A DNA stretch of 57,615 nt, filler included, from Sphacelaria rigidula (taxonomy: Eukaryota), in the NCBI GenBank assembly GCA_964200075.2. It is 5 parts of 5 records of this genome, joined end to end, with 100 filler letters (N's around TTAATTAATTAA, not from the genome) between each part and the next. Parts side by side here need not be neighbours in the genome. Positions count along the whole stretch, not along the records: positions 46,174 to 57,615 come from CAXNAA020004919.1; 4 more parts are not named here. The stretch is one strand, 5' to 3'. The number at the start of each line of letters is the position of its first letter. Positions within the stretch are counted from its first letter, which is position 1. A program made the position numbers and the translations under genes. Below, piece after piece: positions 52,150 to 57,615 of this stretch. The notes beneath the pieces were generated by a model. That model was not told the DNA's origin. It did not search any database and saw only the letters and a list, made by a program, of their open reading frames with translations.

Positions 52150-54747
52150 GGGTACACGCTAGTGCTTTCGGAACAAAAAACGGTCACACATTTTTCGCTT
52201 TGGCGCGCGGCGCTGCACGCGGGCTGAGCACCTCGAAAATACGTTCCAGCACTTCAGCCCCGCGCCCAAGGTTTCTGGGCAGATGCCGACCATTTGTTTT
52301 CATTTCCACAAGTGTTACTAGGCTGAACTACGGCGCCGAAAACGAGAGCCTTTAAGAGTACCCTTTTCTGTAAACCAACCAGGAGGGTACACCCTGGCCT
52401 CTGCTAGAAATTTATCCCTGCCCCTTTTTGTTCTCCTGTTGACCCTTCTTTTTTGTCAAATGGTGACCGTACCGCCGGCTCAGCAGAAGACACGCCGAGC
52501 AGTTACAACCGTACGATCTGGGCCATCCAACAAAGGGTAGCTTTCTCGTTCAGGCGAAGCACCGCATGAAATTAGGAGTTCAACGCTGAAATTTTGACAG
52601 CAGCTTATTATGATCGACATGTAAAACATCTCGAGAGCAGCAAACAAAAGAAAGAAAAAGAAACGAAGTTATGGGGGTTTGAAATTTCGACGAAAACAAG
52701 ATAATGTCATGGGTCCACGAAATTACGAGAAATTGCAGCTGCTCCGGTAGTGTATCATTTCCTTGGGTGCAGAAGATCTTCGTGAAAGTTCAGCTCAAGA
52801 GTAATCGAATTGGGCCGTGCGTGCAACGTTTTGCGTGACGCGTGCAATGTAGTGCCTCTGCTCGTGATATATTGATTTTAGTGTGGAAACCTATGTGCGC
52901 CATATCTCGAGATAGATAACATATTAGGTGAAGGTGAGGGTATTTACCGTTTCCCCGTGCTTCAGGGAATGTCGACACCGCAAATCATCGTCATCCGCTG
53001 AATGTATCGATCGGGGTTTCATATAGATTTTAGTATGGACGCTATCTTCGTTAGGTACAAGAATTACTAGTTACTAGACGTGGGGCTTAATCAACGAAAC
53101 AATATTTGCCCAGACGTTTGAGCAGATGGTTACCTTCCCCTTGACTAGATGATAAATATGTTATGCGGACCACGGCCTAATTCGTTTCCGCTCATGAGAT
53201 ATTGCTGTGACAGCTTAAATCCGTTTATAGGCTGGCCCAGCTCGTAGCCATTTCGGTTGAAATACACCCCACCGAAAAAAGCCGAAACAAAATGACCAAG
53301 AAAGTGTAGCCCCCTGATATTTTGCCGGAGAAGCCGGAAGGTCCAACGATGCATACAGGGCGCTTGTGTGCCGGAGCTCACAAACATTCAGCGAGCATGA
53401 GTGAACATCTTGCCCACACGCACGCCGGAAAGGCGTCACGTGGTGACGACATCAGACCGTTGCGGGATTTGCAATATGCGGCTCGGGAACTAAGATGGGC
53501 ACCGATCGGATTCCGGACTGGAGGAAGAACGCGAGAACTCGATGACGTAGACTGTACCATCGACTCTCCTCTTCCGACCCTCGCGGTTGCATCCATGTTC
53601 ATTTCAGACCAGCACTACGAGCTGGGCCAGCCTAGAAGCGGATTTTTTGTGTGCAGGCCCATTCCCACCTCAATTATTGAAGTTAGACCCTGGAAATTGG
53701 TATGGACGATGAGTAGGGCGTGATTTTGTTTTTTGTCATTGACCCAAAGTTTTTTTTTCATGAGTTAACGGCATTTCACTAAAACTGGTATCTGAAATTG
53801 GTGTGTGGACAATAAGTGGGGCAAAATAAGATGAGAATTCATAGACCCAAAGTTGTTGTTTTTCGTGACTTGACGGCATTTTACTGAAACCTGAAAAGTG
53901 ATAACGGCCTTCAACTCATGAAATAAATAATTGGGTCTATGAACACTTTTCTCAATCATGCCCTACTCATCGTCCATACCAATTTCCAGGGTCTAACTTC
54001 AAAAATTGAAGTGGGAGTGAGCCTGCAAACGAAAAATCCGCTTCTAGGCTAGCCCAGCTCATAGTTCTGATCTGAAATGAACATGGATGTAACCGCGAGG
54101 GTCGGAGGAGGAGAGTCGATGGTACAGTCTACGTCATCGAGTTCTCGCGTGCTTCCTCCAGTCCGGAATCCGATCGGTGCCCATCTTAGTTCCCGAGCCG
54201 CAAATTGCAGGTCCCGCAACGGTCTGATGTCGTCACCACGTGACGCCTTTCCGGCGTGCGTGTGAGCGAGATGTTCAAACACGTTCGTTGGATTTTTGTG
54301 AGCTCCGGCAAACTAGCAGGGGACTACACACTCTTGGTCGTTGGGTTTCAGCCTTTCTTGGTGGGAGTCTAATTTACCGGAAATGGCTATGGTTGTGACT
54401 GCTCGGCGTATCTTCTGCTGAGCCGGCGGTACGGTCACCATTTGACAAAAAAAGGGTCAACAGGAGAACAAAAGGGGGCAGGGATAAATTTCTAGCAGAT
54501 GCGAGGGTGTACCCTCCTGGTTAGTTCACAGAAAAGGGTACTTTAGAAGGCTCTCATTTTCGGCGCCGTAGTTCAGCCTAGGAACACTTGTGGAAATGCC
54601 AACAAATGGTCGGCATCTACCCAGACACCTTCGGCGCGGGACTGACGTGCTGGAACGTGTTTTCGAGGTGTTTAGCCGCGTGCAGCACCGCGCCCCAAAG
54701 CGAAAAATATGTGACCGTTTTTGTTCCAAAATCACCGGAATGTACTG
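52150..54747. mobile_element. Large nested inverted repeat (A 52150-52511 / A' 54391-54747; B 53244-53726 / B' 53954-54390)
   Basis: The arms are clear reverse complements with scattered mismatches. The left arm has ~730 bp of extra sequence, including a repeat homologous to 47205-47400. Confidence 0.85.
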
Positions 54748-54824
54748 GTTTTGTCTATCGATCCTGAAAAAGTGCCAAGGTTTCAAACGGCCATTATTTT
54801 ATCGAGGTTTGACGCTGTTTGTGT

Positions 54825-55030
54825 GTGTGTTGTCATTCCTCTATTCTGGACACCAGCCGATACCTCTAGGTGTATGTGGGTGCATCAGCGGGGGTCACGG
54901 GAGGAAGGCCAACACAGGAGTTTTGTCTTTTTTGTTTTGTTGTAGTACTCCTCCTTTCTTGTGCGGCGCTTTTATTATTTTTTATCGCGAGAGGGGTCCA
55001 GTGGTCCTTTACCCTAGTCGACCGCGAAGT
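54825..55030 (-). mobile_element. 3' half of the tRNA-derived SINE
   Basis: Reverse complement matches 37265-37480. Confidence 0.65.
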
Positions 55031-56277
55031 TTGTTTGGGGGACGCCGCTTTTCATCGAATCTGTTCATCGTTCGAGAACATGGTACCTTAGTTGTTTTCG
55101 GGCCCTCGGAAAATTCGCAAAGAGCAGAGAGTTTTCCACCTGTGAAGTTTACAATTTTTACATCTGTAAAACGTTTCCAGCAACGGGGTTCTTTTTCCGA
55201 AACACCTACGGCAGCAATTTACTTCTCAAGAAAGTATTCCCACTTTATCAAATCAGAAGACGCTCGAAAAAAACCACAACATTGTTTTTATTAAACCCCG
55301 AGGAAGCCGACGAAAGCTCCTCCTCTTACCTGGTGAGAGCCGTATCGAATGCACGAAAAGAGATACATATGCTTTGAAGACCGGAGCAACAATGCTCGAC
55401 AAGACGAGTCCGGAGAAGTTTCAACAGACAAATCAAATCCTCAGTTGGTTGTTTTCGCAAGCCTTTTCCGGAGAAAAAGTTAATTCTTGCAAGGTGGCTT
55501 CAGTCTTCATTTGGACATTCAACCCCATTTCCCAGGATACTCTGTTCGTTACTGGTTTAATTCAAGAGAGCGAGGCCACACATCCTGTCCGGAGAATGCG
55601 TTCACCTTTCCCCCCGAACTGATTCCGACGCTCGCTTGTGTGAACATTCCTAAGATTCATCCTAATATTGAATCCATCCGCGACGCCGAAAGTTCCGCGA
55701 CACATAACAAGAATAAACGAGCATATGCCACCACAAGTACATCCATTTTAAGCAGAATATTGACACAACAGTAGATCAAAAGAGGGCAAGAAGGCCCCCC
55801 CCGGGTACCTCCGTATTGAATTAAATATGCGATTGTGTTCCCCATAATCTCGGCGTTTGACCTGAAATAAGCTATTTTAAACATTCAGTACGCAAACCCG
55901 TAGACATCAGATAAAAATGGAACGCGTGAAAAAAAACACACGTGAAAGCAAGGAGTCGAAGGGGATAAGAAAAGAGGCATAGCTGACACAAATAAACGAG
56001 CAGAGGTGTGAAAATGTTCACGCGAAAGTAGCACGATCAACGAGCAGAAAGGCCTACTTGAAGCATAAACAGTACAGTATACTATCTGCACTGACTGTCT
56101 GCTTAGTCGTCATTTCGATAGTGTGCGGAGTCTCAAACGTATACTTGCTCGTGAGCGGATAAAATTGATTTCATGTGTAGGATCAGTGCAACCACTAATA
56201 ATGAGGGGTTTACGAAAGCTTGCATAGAAATCGACGTCACGACCAGACTTGCATGGTGAAGTATATACTTGTAAATG

Positions 56278-56910
56278 CGGGTATCGACTCTACCCGAAAA
56301 CCGGATGGATTGGGTTCGACCTCAACTAATCTACCCACACTTTGGCTAGGTTGGGTACGACCTAAAACACTCTACCCGAACTTTGGGTAAGTAGTCCCAG
56401 CAGTTCCCAGGTACAGGGTATCTCTTGGACATGATCTCAATATTCTCCTCAAACTTAGGTAATTTGGGTACGGTCGGCCTGAAATACTCTTACCAAAGTT
56501 TGGGTGGATTGGGTACGAGCTCAAATACTCGACCCGATTTTGGGGTAGATTGGGTATGATCTCAACTACTCTACCCAGCTTATAGGTAAGAACTCTCAGT
56601 AGTACCCTGGTATGGAGTATTGCTTGGGGATGGTCTCAATATTCCTTCAAAATTTGGGTATTTCGGGTACGAACCGCCTGAAATACCCTACCCAAAGTTT
56701 AGGTAGATTGGGTACCACCTCAAATACTGGACCGAGTTTTTGCGTAAGTAATCTCAGTACTTTACGGGTGTACAGTGTCACTTAGTAATGACGTAAAACA
56801 ATTACCCATTTTTTGAGGAGATTGGGTACGATCTCAATACTCTACCCAATGTTTCGGGCGCAAAGAGTACAACTTTGCGAAATATTCGGGTATCGAATAT
56901 ACCATACCCG
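56278..56910. repeat. Degenerate tandem array built on ttgggtacga.ctcaa.tactctaccc
   Basis: The motif recurs many times. A related fragment lies at ~19400-19485 on the opposite strand. Confidence 0.75.
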
Positions 56911-56924
56911 ACACGCCCTTGCGA

Positions 56925-57070
56925 TCTTGTTTACCCACGACATTGTCGCTTTCCATTGTTGGGCATAGTGCGAGAAAAAATCCCGGATGGTGTGAGTTCA
57001 CTGAGACTCGCACCCGGGACCCCACCATCCGAAAGTTTCGAGGTTACCAACTGAGCCACCGGGGCGACCG
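56925..57070 (-). mobile_element. 5' half of the tRNA-derived SINE
   Basis: Minus strand reads CGGTCGCCCCGGTGGCTCAGTTGGTAACCTCG (A-box), then a degenerate B-box, then the body shared with 37195-37250. Confidence 0.7.
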
Positions 57071-57615
57071 GTTGGTGTTGGATACCTCATCACGGACACA
57101 GTGTTGATCTCGTCGTTGGGTCGCCTTCACCGGCAAAATGGACGACAGGAGGATGCTGCCTGCACGTATATGGCGTTCAGAGCTACGGTAAACAAGGTGC
57201 CTTTCTCGCAACGCCCACGTGAAACGAGGGAGTAGTCGAACAGGCAACGACGTGCGATCGTCCGACCGTCGCGGAATGCAGCAGCAGCATACACGAGTAA
57301 CCATACCGATTGTTGAAATGCCCAATCAAGAAGGAGATAGATGAAAGGGCTGCTCGACGCGTGGCTTCGGTATTACGTACAGTCTTAGTCACAACCACGC
57401 GGTCTGTCGTGCGGCATGGTGCTGTACTCTCCTGTCGTATCTGTGCGGACTGCTGTATGTTGTGTTGTGAAATCGCCCTAGCCCTCTTGGATTTTTGTCA
57501 TTGCCGGGGTCATCAGCGGCATTATCAGAGAGTTTCTGGGGGGGGGGGGGGGGGGGGGCGTACCTTTCTGCCTCTTGCGCCACCCTCCATCCCCCTCCCC
57601 CCCCCACCGTTTTCG

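Overview
Eukaryotic, repeat-rich, intron-rich DNA of roughly even GC. The long GT-AG introns, low-complexity proteins, TTAGGG-type repeats, MITEs and tRNA-SINEs suggest a brown alga or other stramenopile, but that is inferred from sequence style only. The window is not one locus. It is five near-equal contigs in descending length order (1-11444, 11545-22988, 23089-34531, 34632-46073, 46174-57615) joined by 100-nt N/TTAATTAATTAA spacers, so nothing should be inferred across the joins. Hand-spliced gene models: (1) a 4-exon, ~1293-aa disordered protein (2431-7607 +); (2) a fragmentary minus-strand gene in contig 2 with an ambiguous frame; (3) the 3' part of a Pro/Thr/Asp-repeat surface protein with a hydrophobic C-terminus (30377-34031 -); (4) an 8-exon gene (36629-41924 +) whose product has landmarks of trimeric two-TM channels (DEG/ENaC or PAC/TMEM206-like), which is the most interesting candidate. 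The rest is a decayed Copia gag-protease, a solo LTR with TSD, tRNA-derived SINEs, several MITE families (often in inverted pairs), a ~2.6 kb nested foldback, tandem repeats and short interstitial telomere-like tracts.
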